Part shown: one piece after another, positions 28,300-36,561 of the stretch | Numbering within the stretch: position 1 is the first letter of the stretch | How the letters are laid out: every line of letters begins with the position of its first letter | NCBI GenBank assembly: GCA_963698395.1 | Contig: CAVOQQ010000006.1 | Span: 482,098-546,097 of the forward strand | Reading direction: 5' to 3' | Source: an uncultured Acidimicrobiales bacterium | GTDB lineage: Bacteria > Actinomycetota > Acidimicrobiia > Acidimicrobiales > SZUA-35 | Length of the DNA stretch: 64,000 bases | Program-made: the position numbers and the translations under genes | Notes under the pieces: generated by a model | The model's database searches: none | What the model was told of the DNA's origin: nothing | What the model saw: the letters and a program-made list of their open reading frames with translations, nothing else

Positions 28300-29255
28300 T
28301 CAGCTCTTCATCTGAGACAGATGCCGATCGGTTGCGTCTTGGACCGCCCGCTCGACGCGATCGCCGAGTTCCTCCCATTCGCCGATGGCCGTTTGTTCGG
28401 CCAGTTCCAACCGATGGGCGGTGCCTTGAAACCTGGGCTTGACGTGTTGCGCGATCAATTCGTAACTGCGCTGCACAGCGGCTGGTCGTGCCCACTCGTG
28501 GTGCATGAACAGGTAGCTGCCGAATCCGCCGTTCGACTGCTTCATGAGTCGGTCGATCTGATCGATGGCCATGTCTGGCGTACCGATGACACCGAGTCCG
28601 GACTCGTTGACCCAGTCGACCCGCTCCTCGAACGTCTCACCCGCTGCTCGGAAATGCGGCACAGCAAGAATCTTCTGTGTGTAGTGAGCCCAGTCGTCGA
28701 GGCCGTACTTCACGTCTTCGATCGCCTGTTCCTTGGTCTCGGCGATGTGCATCGGACCGACGAGTCGCCACTTGTCGCGGTTGGCGACCATGTCGAACTC
28801 CTGGGCGCGGGCCTCCATCACATCCCAATGGTGAGCGAGCGCATCGAAGCCGCCGGCGGCCGTCGCGCCGATCGACAACAGACCGACCCCATGCTTGCCG
28901 GCGATTCTTGGCCCCGTCGGCGACGCGATGGCGGCGACGGCGATGTCGAAATCGCTGTAGGCGGAGTACTGCGACCGGGCGTTTCGCAACCGATAGCGTG
29001 GTGTCTCGACCGTCAGTGGTTCGTCACTTCGCAGGAGATGCATCAGGACATCGGTGTCCTCCTCCAGTGCGGTTCGCTGCTCCTCGACCTCGATGCCGAT
29101 CCTGCGGAGTGGTGTTCGCCGACCCAGACCTCGTCGTAGCCCAGCCGGTCGAGGAGCTGGATCACCTCGAGGTCACGTTGGTAGGCGGAGATGGGGTCCT
29201 GCCCCGCCAGCGAGTGGAACGGGGCCATGAAGATTCCGAATTTCAGACCAGGCAT
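28300..29255 (-). pseudogene. Luciferase-like (LLM class) flavin monooxygenase, disrupted by an internal deletion plus frameshift
   Basis: The N-terminal 52 aa (MPGLKFGIFMAPFH...LGYDEVWVGEHHSAG, ORF 29043..29255) change frame near 29100-29105. They join directly to ...IGIEVEEQRTALEEDTDVLMHLLRSDEPLTVETP... (ORF 28300..29043). About 70 residues of the TIM-barrel core expected between these blocks are absent. Confidence 0.75.
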
Positions 29256-29346
29256 GCGTACGTCTCCTTCAGAGTGACCGATGTCATTGCGAATGATGCG
29301 CTGCCGCCGACGGGCGCGGATGTCCGAATTCGAGACACCTGAGGTC

Positions 29347-30942
29347 TCAGGCCGAGTCGATCTGGAAGGCGCGCAGCTTGCGGTAGAGGGTGGAGCGAGC
29401 GAGGCCGAGTGCGGCAGCAGCGGCCACCTTGTTGCCTTCGTGTTCGCTCAGGGCCCGCACGATCGCTTCACGCTCGGCCAGTTCGATCCTCGTCCAACGC
29501 TCGGCTGGGTCGACGGCGTGGAACGTTTCGGGGAGATGGAACAGCGACAGGTCGCCTCGCCCCGCAGCGGCGAGCCCGACGGACAGGACGGCTCGGAGCT
29601 CTGCGACGTTGCCCGGCCAGTCATGGCGGAGGAGTGCTTCGACAGCGTCGCGGCGAAGGCGCGGCGGCGGTTCGAGGCCGGCCAATTCCATGAGCAGCCG
29701 GCGTGACAGCTCGGGGATGTCGTCGGTTCGACGCTCGAGCCGGGGAACCTCGACGCGGTGCCCGAAGCGGCGAACGACGGTGGGGACAGGGGTGGCGTCG
29801 CCGGCAGTCGCCACGATGCGAGTCGTGGCCGCATCGGCTGCTGACAGCAACGCGTCGACCTCCTCGGGGCTCCATCGGTCGATGTTGCGCACCACTGCGT
29901 CCCGGGCATCGGCCGGCCAGTCGTCGGGAACGCCGAGCAGCTGCGGAACGGGAACATCGGCCCGACCGCCGGTGGCAATCGCTCGGGCCACCAGGGCGCG
30001 GCCGACACCAGGCGAGCCGGTCACCACGACGTGGGCCCGGTCGGCCGAGGCCAGGCGCATCGCCCGACGGAGCCGACGAGCAGCCGTCGATCGCCCGTGG
30101 ATGATGTGCTCGAACGGGTCGTGGTGACGCGGCGGCGGTTGGAGGCGATCGACGGTGTGCTTTCGCAGTTCGATCAGGGCGCCGATCGGCGGCCGGGCGT
30201 CACCGATCGGCGTCGCAGTCGCCGTGACCTCACCTTCGGCGCCTTGATCGAAGGTGCGGATGGCCTGGCTGCGCGTTGTCAGGGCGTCCTGAGCCCACTG
30301 CCAGAGCACCTGACGCTCGGCCGAGGACAGCAACCCCTCGGCCAGCGGGTTGGCCATGACGATCTCGGCACTCATGGCGACCACTGCGTTGGCGGTCTTT
30401 CTCGTTCGTGAGAGGTAGGCATCGAGAACGAGCCGTTCTCGTACCGATGCCGCCCCGAGCATCTGTCGTTCGATGTCGGCGATTGCTCCGAGCAGCAACG
30501 GACGGAGGTAGGTGTTCGCCTCGTCGACGGTGCACGTGACATTGAGAACGCCATGGACGGTGTTCGTGGTGGGGAGGACGATCGGTGCGGCGACGCAGAC
30601 CAGGGATTGCAGACACTCTCGGAAGTGTTCCGGGCCGCGCACCTCGAACAGGCGCTTCTCTTCGGCCGCACATCCGATCCCGTTCGTGCCCACCCCGTGC
30701 TCGGAGAACGAGAATCCCGGCGCAACGTTGAACCGATCGAGCGTGGGGAGAAACGACCGACAGGCCCAACGTCGGACGATCCGAGCGTCGCTGTTCGCGA
30801 GGAGGATGCTCGCCGACGTGTCGGTCAGTTGGGAGGCAAGACGGTCGATGACCGGCACGGCGACGTTGAGCAGTCGGCGCAGCGCCGGCGAGGAACGCCT
30901 CTCGTCGAGCCTTGACGATCGAGCTCCCGCCCTCGTTGGCAC
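29347..30942 (-). CDS. GAF-domain / degenerate AAA+ / Fis-type HTH transcriptional regulator (EBP- or AcoR-like)
   Basis: 531 aa. The C-terminal HTH is GNKVAAAAALGLARSTLYRKLRAF, and the EBP blocks VEVPRLERRTDDIPEL and WPGNVAELRAVL are present. Walker A is GSPGVGRA with no Lys, and I find no GAFTGA loop. The GTG start at 30942 is uncertain. Confidence 0.75.
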   Translation of the reverse strand: MPTRAGARSSRLDERRSSPALRRLLNVAVPVIDRLASQLTDTSASILLANSDARIVRRWACRSFLPTLDRFNVAPGFSFSEHGVGTNGIGCAAEEKRLFEVRGPEHFRECLQSLVCVAAPIVLPTTNTVHGVLNVTCTVDEANTYLRPLLLGAIADIERQMLGAASVRERLVLDAYLSRTRKTANAVVAMSAEIVMANPLAEGLLSSAERQVLWQWAQDALTTRSQAIRTFDQGAEGEVTATATPIGDARPPIGALIELRKHTVDRLQPPPRHHDPFEHIIHGRSTAARRLRRAMRLASADRAHVVVTGSPGVGRALVARAIATGGRADVPVPQLLGVPDDWPADARDAVVRNIDRWSPEEVDALLSAADAATTRIVATAGDATPVPTVVRRFGHRVEVPRLERRTDDIPELSRRLLMELAGLEPPPRLRRDAVEALLRHDWPGNVAELRAVLSVGLAAAGRGDLSLFHLPETFHAVDPAERWTRIELAEREAIVRALSEHEGNKVAAAAALGLARSTLYRKLRAFQIDSA

Positions 30943-31079
30943 TCAGTTCAGACCTGTGTGATCCCTGCACAGCGTCCCTCCCCAGGAGAAGTCGAGCGCA
31001 CGTTAGCGGCAACTCGCTCCCGGGTCAGAGTGGTTCCTCGGCGGGCCCGCCGACGGGTCGAGTCCGGCGGATCGCGTGT

Positions 31080-31089
31080 CGACATGTCG
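31080..31089. promoter_or_regulatory. 10-bp perfect palindrome CGACATGTCG in the regulator/ACAD divergent intergenic region
   Basis: Read directly from the sequence; it lies 48 nt upstream of the ACAD ATG (31137). A TGTG-N9-CACA inverted repeat is also present at 30955-30971. Confidence 0.35.
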
Positions 31090-31136
31090 GTGATCATCTG
31101 GCAGGCTCGGCGCGTCGCCGACGAGGAGGAGTGATC

Positions 31137-32441
31137 ATGGGGTGGGACTTCGAAACCGATGCCGAGTTCCAGGCGGAGCTCGATTGGATGGAGGAGTTCG
31201 TGCGCGAGGAGATCGAGCCGCTCGACTTCATCGTCAAGAGCCCCTACGACATCAACGATCCGATCCGGGCCGAGGTCATTCCGCCTCTCCAGCGCCAGGT
31301 ACAAGAACGTGGCCTCTGGGCCTGCCACCTCGGCCCTGATCTCGGTGGTCTCGGGTACGGACAGGTGAAGCTGGCCCTCATGAACGAGATTCTGGGGCGG
31401 GCGCGATCGGCGCCCACGATCTTTGGTTGCCAGGCCCCCGACACGGGCAATTCCGAGATCCTCGCTCACTTCGGCACGCCCGGACAGAAGGAGCAGTTCC
31501 TGGAGCCGCTGCTGCGCAACGAGATCGTGTCGTGCTATTCGATGACCGAGGTGCAGGGCGGGGCCGATCCCAAGGTCTTCACCACCACTGCTGTCCAAGA
31601 CGGCGACGAGTGGGTCATCAACGGTGAGAAGTGGTTCTCCTCCAATGCTCGCTACGCATCGTTCCTCATCGCCATGGTGGTGACCGATCCCGACAACGCT
31701 CCGCTGCAACGGTTCTCCATGTTCCTGGTCCCTTCTGACACGCCCGGCCTCGAGATCGTCCGCAACGTCGGACTCGGGTACGAGTCGGAGAGCGACGACC
31801 ACGGCAGTCACGCCTATGTGCGCTACGACAACGTTCGGGTGCCGGCGGAGAACTTGTTGGGGGAGCGAGGTGGCGGTTTCGTCGTCGCGCAGACTCGGCT
31901 CGGTGGCGGGCGAATCCACCATGCCATGCGCACCAGCGGTCGGGTCCAACGGTTGTTCGACATGATGTGCGAGCGTTCGATCAGCCGGACCACGCAGGGC
32001 GAACTGCTGTCTCGTAAACAGATGGTGCAGGAGATGATCGCCGACTCCTGGATCGAGATGGAGATGTTCCGTCTGCTCGTGCTCCGCACGGCGTGGCGTA
32101 TCGACAAGTACCAGGACTACAAGAGGGTGCGCCGCGACATCTCGGCGGTGAAGGCCGCCATGCCCGGCGTCTACCGCAACGTGGCCAGTCGAGCCCTGCA
32201 GATCCACGGCTCGCTCGGTGCCTCATGGGAGATGCCCTTCGCCAAGGAGGTCATCGAGTCGTTCCACATGGGGCTGGCCGATGGGCCGACCGAGGTGCAC
32301 AAGGTACAGGTGGCTCGCCGAGTCCTCGACGACTACGTCCCCTGCGACGACCTCTTCCCGACCAGCCACCTTCCCAAGCGTCGGGCCGCAGCCGAGGCCA
32401 AGTACGCCGACGTTCTCGAACGCCACCTCGAAACCCAGTGA
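31137..32441 (+). CDS. Acyl-CoA dehydrogenase family protein
   Basis: ATG 31137, preceded by GAGGAGGAG. MGWDFETDAEFQAELDWMEEFVREEI..., then CYSMTEVQGGADP and the C-terminal IHGSLG...GPTEVH blocks. Confidence 0.9.
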   Translation: MGWDFETDAEFQAELDWMEEFVREEIEPLDFIVKSPYDINDPIRAEVIPPLQRQVQERGLWACHLGPDLGGLGYGQVKLALMNEILGRARSAPTIFGCQAPDTGNSEILAHFGTPGQKEQFLEPLLRNEIVSCYSMTEVQGGADPKVFTTTAVQDGDEWVINGEKWFSSNARYASFLIAMVVTDPDNAPLQRFSMFLVPSDTPGLEIVRNVGLGYESESDDHGSHAYVRYDNVRVPAENLLGERGGGFVVAQTRLGGGRIHHAMRTSGRVQRLFDMMCERSISRTTQGELLSRKQMVQEMIADSWIEMEMFRLLVLRTAWRIDKYQDYKRVRRDISAVKAAMPGVYRNVASRALQIHGSLGASWEMPFAKEVIESFHMGLADGPTEVHKVQVARRVLDDYVPCDDLFPTSHLPKRRAAAEAKYADVLERHLETQ

Positions 32442-32467
32442 CACGAAACGACGAGTGAGGCCTGATC

Positions 32468-33592
32468 ATGACGACTGATGACGAGACGCCGGTCGATCCC
32501 TTTGCTGATGAGACCCCGCCGGAGATGGCCGAAGTCCGCCCGGGCGAGGCACTCGATTGGGATCAAATCGAGACCTACCTGCGTGCCGAGCTGCCGGCGG
32601 AGCTCGACCTGTCCGGCCCGTTCGAGGTTCTTCAGTTCCCGAACGGCGCGGCCAACCTGACCTACATGATCCGGTTCGGCGACACCGAGCTCGTGCTCCG
32701 CCGCCCACCGTTCGGCACCATCGCTCCGGGCGCACACGACATGAAGCGGGAACACAAGGTGTTGTCACGCCTGTGGGAGTTCTTCGACAAGGCACCCCAG
32801 GCCTACCTGTTCTGCCAGGACCATGGGATCGCCGGGTCCGACTTCTTCGTGATGGAACGGCGCCGAGGGGAGGTCGTGCGTGGTGTGCTTCCCGAATCGA
32901 TGCGTCACCTTCCCGACGTCGGCCATCGGATGGGTCTCGCCCTGGTCGATGCCATCGCCGAGTTCCACCTCCTCGATCCCGAGGCCTGCGGCCTGGGCGA
33001 CCTCGGCCGGCCCGATGGTTTCGTCGAGCGCCAGGTGAGTGGCTGGAAGAAGCGTTGGGACCTGGTTGCCGACCCGACCCACGACGCCCAGATGACCGAG
33101 ATCCATGCTCGCCTTGCTGCGTCGATGCCCGAGAGCCAGCGGGTGTCGTTCGTGCACAACGACCTGAAGCTCGACAACGCGATGTTCGAGCCCGGCAACC
33201 CCGACCGGGTGGTGGCGTTCTTCGACTGGGACATGACCACCATCGGTGACCCGCTGATCGATCTCGGCACGCTGCTGAACTATTGGCCGAACCCCGATGA
33301 CACCGAGGAAGTCCGTCGAGGAAGCCACGACGGCATGACCCGCATGGGGCTACCGACCCGGGCCGAGGTGGCGACGCGGTACGGCGAGCAGACCGGGCTC
33401 GATGTGTCGGCCATCGGGTGGTACGAGGCGTTCGCCCAGTGGAAGACCGCCGTCGTCGTGCAGCAGCTCCACCACCGGTGGAAGATGGGTGACTCGACCG
33501 ATGAGCGTATGGAGACCATCGCCGACCGCGTTCCCGCTCTGATGCGCACCGCATCGGAGCTTCTCGAATCGGCCGATGAGGCAACGCGGTGA
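32468..33592 (+). CDS. Phosphotransferase (APH/choline-kinase fold) enzyme family protein
   Basis: 374 aa with the kinase catalytic loop FVHNDLKLDNAMF and the Mg-binding FFDWDMTTIGDPLIDL. It starts 26 nt after the ACAD stop. Confidence 0.85.
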   Translation: MTTDDETPVDPFADETPPEMAEVRPGEALDWDQIETYLRAELPAELDLSGPFEVLQFPNGAANLTYMIRFGDTELVLRRPPFGTIAPGAHDMKREHKVLSRLWEFFDKAPQAYLFCQDHGIAGSDFFVMERRRGEVVRGVLPESMRHLPDVGHRMGLALVDAIAEFHLLDPEACGLGDLGRPDGFVERQVSGWKKRWDLVADPTHDAQMTEIHARLAASMPESQRVSFVHNDLKLDNAMFEPGNPDRVVAFFDWDMTTIGDPLIDLGTLLNYWPNPDDTEEVRRGSHDGMTRMGLPTRAEVATRYGEQTGLDVSAIGWYEAFAQWKTAVVVQQLHHRWKMGDSTDERMETIADRVPALMRTASELLESADEATR

Positions 33593-33594
33593 AC

Positions 33595-33627
33595 CTCGGG
33601 TTCGTCCTGTCGAACAACCGGCCCGAG
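33595..33627. terminator. GC-rich hairpin between convergent genes (possible terminator)
   Basis: CTCGGG (33595-33600) pairs with CCCGAG (33622-33627), and an inner TTCG/CGAA stem is present. It begins 3 nt after the kinase stop. There is no U-tract. Confidence 0.3.
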
Positions 33628-33715
33628 CCACCATCGATCAGCTGAGCAGAGGCGACGCCCAAGACCGGGTCGTCGACGAGTTCGGAGTGGTTGCGGCTGA
33701 GACCGAGCGTGCTGG

Positions 33716-33895
33716 TCAGTACTCGCCGCGCAGCCCGAATCGGTTCTTCCCGTCGCCTTCGTCGGGGTCATTCGGGATGTTCGGGTTCTGCTCGATCTCG
33801 TGTTCCATCAGCGCCAGGCTGCCCGCCATCACGGTGCCCCACACCGTGAGCGCGAAGACGGCCACCCCCACGATGAAGATCACCGTATTGCTCAT
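33716..33895 (-). CDS. 59-aa small membrane protein (hypothetical), below the ORF-track size cutoff
   Basis: My translation is MSNTVIFIVGVAVFALTVWGTVMAGSLALMEHEIEQNPNIPNDPDEGDGKNRFGLRGEY*. ATG 33895 overlaps the stop of the upstream small gene (ATGA). GC3 bias is good. Confidence 0.5.
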   Translation of the reverse strand: MSNTVIFIVGVAVFALTVWGTVMAGSLALMEHEIEQNPNIPNDPDEGDGKNRFGLRGEY

Positions 33896-34110
33896 GATCG
33901 CACCGCGTTCTCGGTGCCGGCAGTGGGTGTCTGGACCGGGGTGAGCAGAAGGGTACCGAGCGAGTGGATCGACGGAACCCAGAGTCCGACGAAGATCCCG
34001 GCCATCGTTTCGTCCTGGATGAAGTACAACCAGACGGAGAACAAGAAGGAGGCGAACCCGGCGATCATGAAGGGAAGCTTCAGTCGAATCGATTGGGGAA
34101 GGGCGGGCAT
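33892..34110 (-). CDS. 72-aa small two-TM membrane protein (hypothetical)
   Basis: ATG 34110, preceded by GAGGAG. MPALPQSIRLKLPFMIAGFASFLFSVWLYFIQDETMAGIFVGLWVPSIHSLGTLLLTP... This is the 3' tail of the composite 490-aa track ORF. Confidence 0.55.
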   Translation of the reverse strand: MPALPQSIRLKLPFMIAGFASFLFSVWLYFIQDETMAGIFVGLWVPSIHSLGTLLLTPVQTPTAGTENAVRS

Positions 34111-34349
34111 CGGGACTCCTCGGGTCGTGGTCTCCACCAATGCTTCGCTGCGGCGACGCTTCGAGATGCGTTCGGTCGAAACAATTTGCGAGAGGGTCGT
34201 GCCATCGGCGTCATCGCAGCGAAGGTTTCGACCTCGAGGTCGGGATCTCATCGTCTGAGGTCGCGTTCGGCTCGGCGCTCCGTGGATGGACGCGAGCTCA
34301 GTCGGTGGTCGAGCAGTTCGGCGCGCCGTACGGGCGAGCCGGGAACGGC

Positions 34350-35235
34350 TCAACCGAGTTCGGGATCGAGCGTCCGGGGTGTGAGCTTGCGGATCAACGC
34401 TTCCTGGGTCATCGAGGCCACCAACCTGCCATCGATATCGAAGATCGTTCCCCGTACCAGGCCCCGTGAGTTCTGGTTGCTCACGGCCTGAACGTCGAAG
34501 TACAACCACTCGTCGACTCGCACCGGCCGATGGAACCACACCGCATGGTCGAGGCTGGCCGACATCGTCTGGGTGATCGCCGTCTGCCAGCGCTCGCCCA
34601 GGGTCGGGACTGCGGCGGCGGTCACCGCTCCCATGTCGGTGGCGTAGGTGAGCGCGGCAGGCATGGAGCAGACGGTCGTCGGGAAGTGGTGATTTCGCCT
34701 TGACCCACACGCGCCGAGTCGACGGGTAGACCCCATCGGGCCCCGGTGTCGCCGGGCCGAGTTCTCGGGAGTGGAAGGGGGAACGTGCCAACCACTCGGC
34801 GTGGAGATCGTCGCGCGGAACCCGATCGGCGGCGTCGTCGGGATGCCCGGCATCGGTCGGGAGGCTGAGCTGGTAGTCGGTTTCGTCTTCTTCGAACTTG
34901 TGGAAGCTGGCGGTGAGGTTGAAGATCGCTTCGCCGAACTGCACGGCGACGACCCGGCGCGTCGTGAACGAACGACCGTTGCGAATGCGATCGACATGGA
35001 ACACGATCGGTCGTCCTGGGACACCGCCGCGCAGGAAGTAGCCGTGCAGCGAGTGGGGCTGGTGTTCGACGTCGATCGTGAGGGTGGCAGCCCGCAGGGC
35101 CTGCGCCGCCACCAGTCCGCCGAACACCCGCTGATTGTGACGCTCGGCCGGATTGTGTCCCCGGTACAGATTGACGTCGAGTTCTTCCAGCTCGAGCTGG
35201 TCGAGAAGGAGGTCGACCTGGGAGGTGTCGGTCAT
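34350..35235 (-). pseudogene. tesB: Acyl-CoA thioesterase II, frameshifted (886 nt, +1)
   Basis: The N-terminal part (MTDTSQVDLLLDQLELEELDVNLYRGHN...DDRLLHAC) is in one frame. The C-terminal part (AALTYATDMGAV...MSASLDHAVWFHRPVRVDEWLYFD...RGLVRGTIFDIDGRLVASMTQEALIR) is in another. The junction is at TGCCGCG, 34653-34659, and GC3 bias follows the frame switch. Confidence 0.8.
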
Positions 35236-35366
35236 GCCTCTGTGTACCTCCAATCCCGGAACGGCTGCAACCGGCCCTGCTGCCGCTCGCTGCATGTGAC
35301 CGCTCGAACGAGCCCGAGTAGCGTCGCCGTCAGCCAGCACGCACGAGCGCACAACGGGAGCCAAGC

Positions 35367-36557
35367 ATGTCGATCACCGAAGCCGAGATCCGCCAACGCA
35401 CCACCGACGCCATCGAGTCGGTCGGCATCGACGCCGACGAGGTGACGTTCCGAGGCGCACTGTGGGACGCCGGGCTCGCCAGGGTGCAGTTCCCCGAGGG
35501 CAAGGGCGGGCTCGGTCTGTCACCCAAGATGCAACTGGTCGTCGATCAGACCATCCGAGACGCCGGTCGCGACTACAACGCTCTCGCCATCAACACGATC
35601 GGGATCGGCATGGGCTTGCCGACGGTGCTGACCTACGGCTCCGAAGAGCACCACGCCAAGCATCTCAAGCGGATCTTCACCGGCGAAGACATCTGGTGTC
35701 AGATGTTCAGCGAGCCGAGCCATGGCTCCGACGTGGCCGGCCTTTCGTCGCGGGCCACACGCGACGGTGACGAGTGGATCGTCAACGGCCAGAAGGTCTG
35801 GACGAGCGGAGCCCACGTGTCGTCCTACGGGATGCTGCTCGTGCGCACCGACCCTGACGTGCCCAAGCATCGGGGGATGTCGTACTTCATCCTCGACATG
35901 AAGGCACCCGGGGTCGAGATCCGACCCCTGTTCCAGATCACCGGAGACGCCGAGTTCAACGAGGTGTTCTTCACCGACGTCCGCGTGCCGCACGAGAACC
36001 TGCTGGGTTCGGTCGGTGACGGCTGGCGGGTGGCCACCACCACGTTGATGAACGAGCGGGTCGCTCTCGGCGGCAGCACCGGCGATCGGGGCAAGGGCAA
36101 CATCGCCACGCTGGTGAAGGTGTGGCAGGAACACAAGGACCGCTTCGGTGATGCCGAGCGGGCGGCGCTCCTCGATCAGGTGGCCAAGCTCTGGATCGAC
36201 GCCGAGGTGATGCGACTGACCACGCTGCGGGCCAGTGCCCAGGCAGGGTCGGGCAACCCCGGCCCCGAAGGGTCGGTGGGCAAGCTGGCGTCGGCCGAAC
36301 TCAACCTCAAGCTGTGGAGCCTGGCGATCGACCTGCTCGGACCCGAGGGCATGCTGCACGAGCCGGGCTATCCACTGGTTCGCACCGAAGGTCGTGGCGA
36401 CTACACGGTGTCGAAGAGCTTCCTGCGGTCGCGAGCCAACACCATCGAGGGCGGCACCTCCGAGATCATGCGCAACATCCTGGGCGAGCGAGTGCTCGGT
36501 CTGCCCGGTGATGTGCGGGTCGACAAAGACGTCGCCTGGAAGGACATCCCCGGCTGA
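35367..36557 (+). CDS. Acyl-CoA dehydrogenase (FadE-like)
   Basis: 396 aa with the blocks WCQMFSEPSHGSDVAGL and DGDEWIVNGQKVWTSGAH, and a C-terminal GGTSEIMRNILGERVLGLP. Confidence 0.9.
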   Translation: MSITEAEIRQRTTDAIESVGIDADEVTFRGALWDAGLARVQFPEGKGGLGLSPKMQLVVDQTIRDAGRDYNALAINTIGIGMGLPTVLTYGSEEHHAKHLKRIFTGEDIWCQMFSEPSHGSDVAGLSSRATRDGDEWIVNGQKVWTSGAHVSSYGMLLVRTDPDVPKHRGMSYFILDMKAPGVEIRPLFQITGDAEFNEVFFTDVRVPHENLLGSVGDGWRVATTTLMNERVALGGSTGDRGKGNIATLVKVWQEHKDRFGDAERAALLDQVAKLWIDAEVMRLTTLRASAQAGSGNPGPEGSVGKLASAELNLKLWSLAIDLLGPEGMLHEPGYPLVRTEGRGDYTVSKSFLRSRANTIEGGTSEIMRNILGERVLGLPGDVRVDKDVAWKDIPG

Positions 36558-36561
36558 GCCT

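Noticed and set aside
31099-31113. Sigma-54-like -24/-12 element TGGCAGGCTCGGCGC upstream of the ACAD gene, next to an EBP-like regulator
   Set aside because: Only the TGGCA and GC parts match. The implied TSS (about 31125) would fall inside the GAGGAGGAG ribosome-binding site. The regulator lacks GAFTGA and a Walker A Lys. Actinobacteria generally lack RpoN. It is most likely a chance match in GC-rich DNA.
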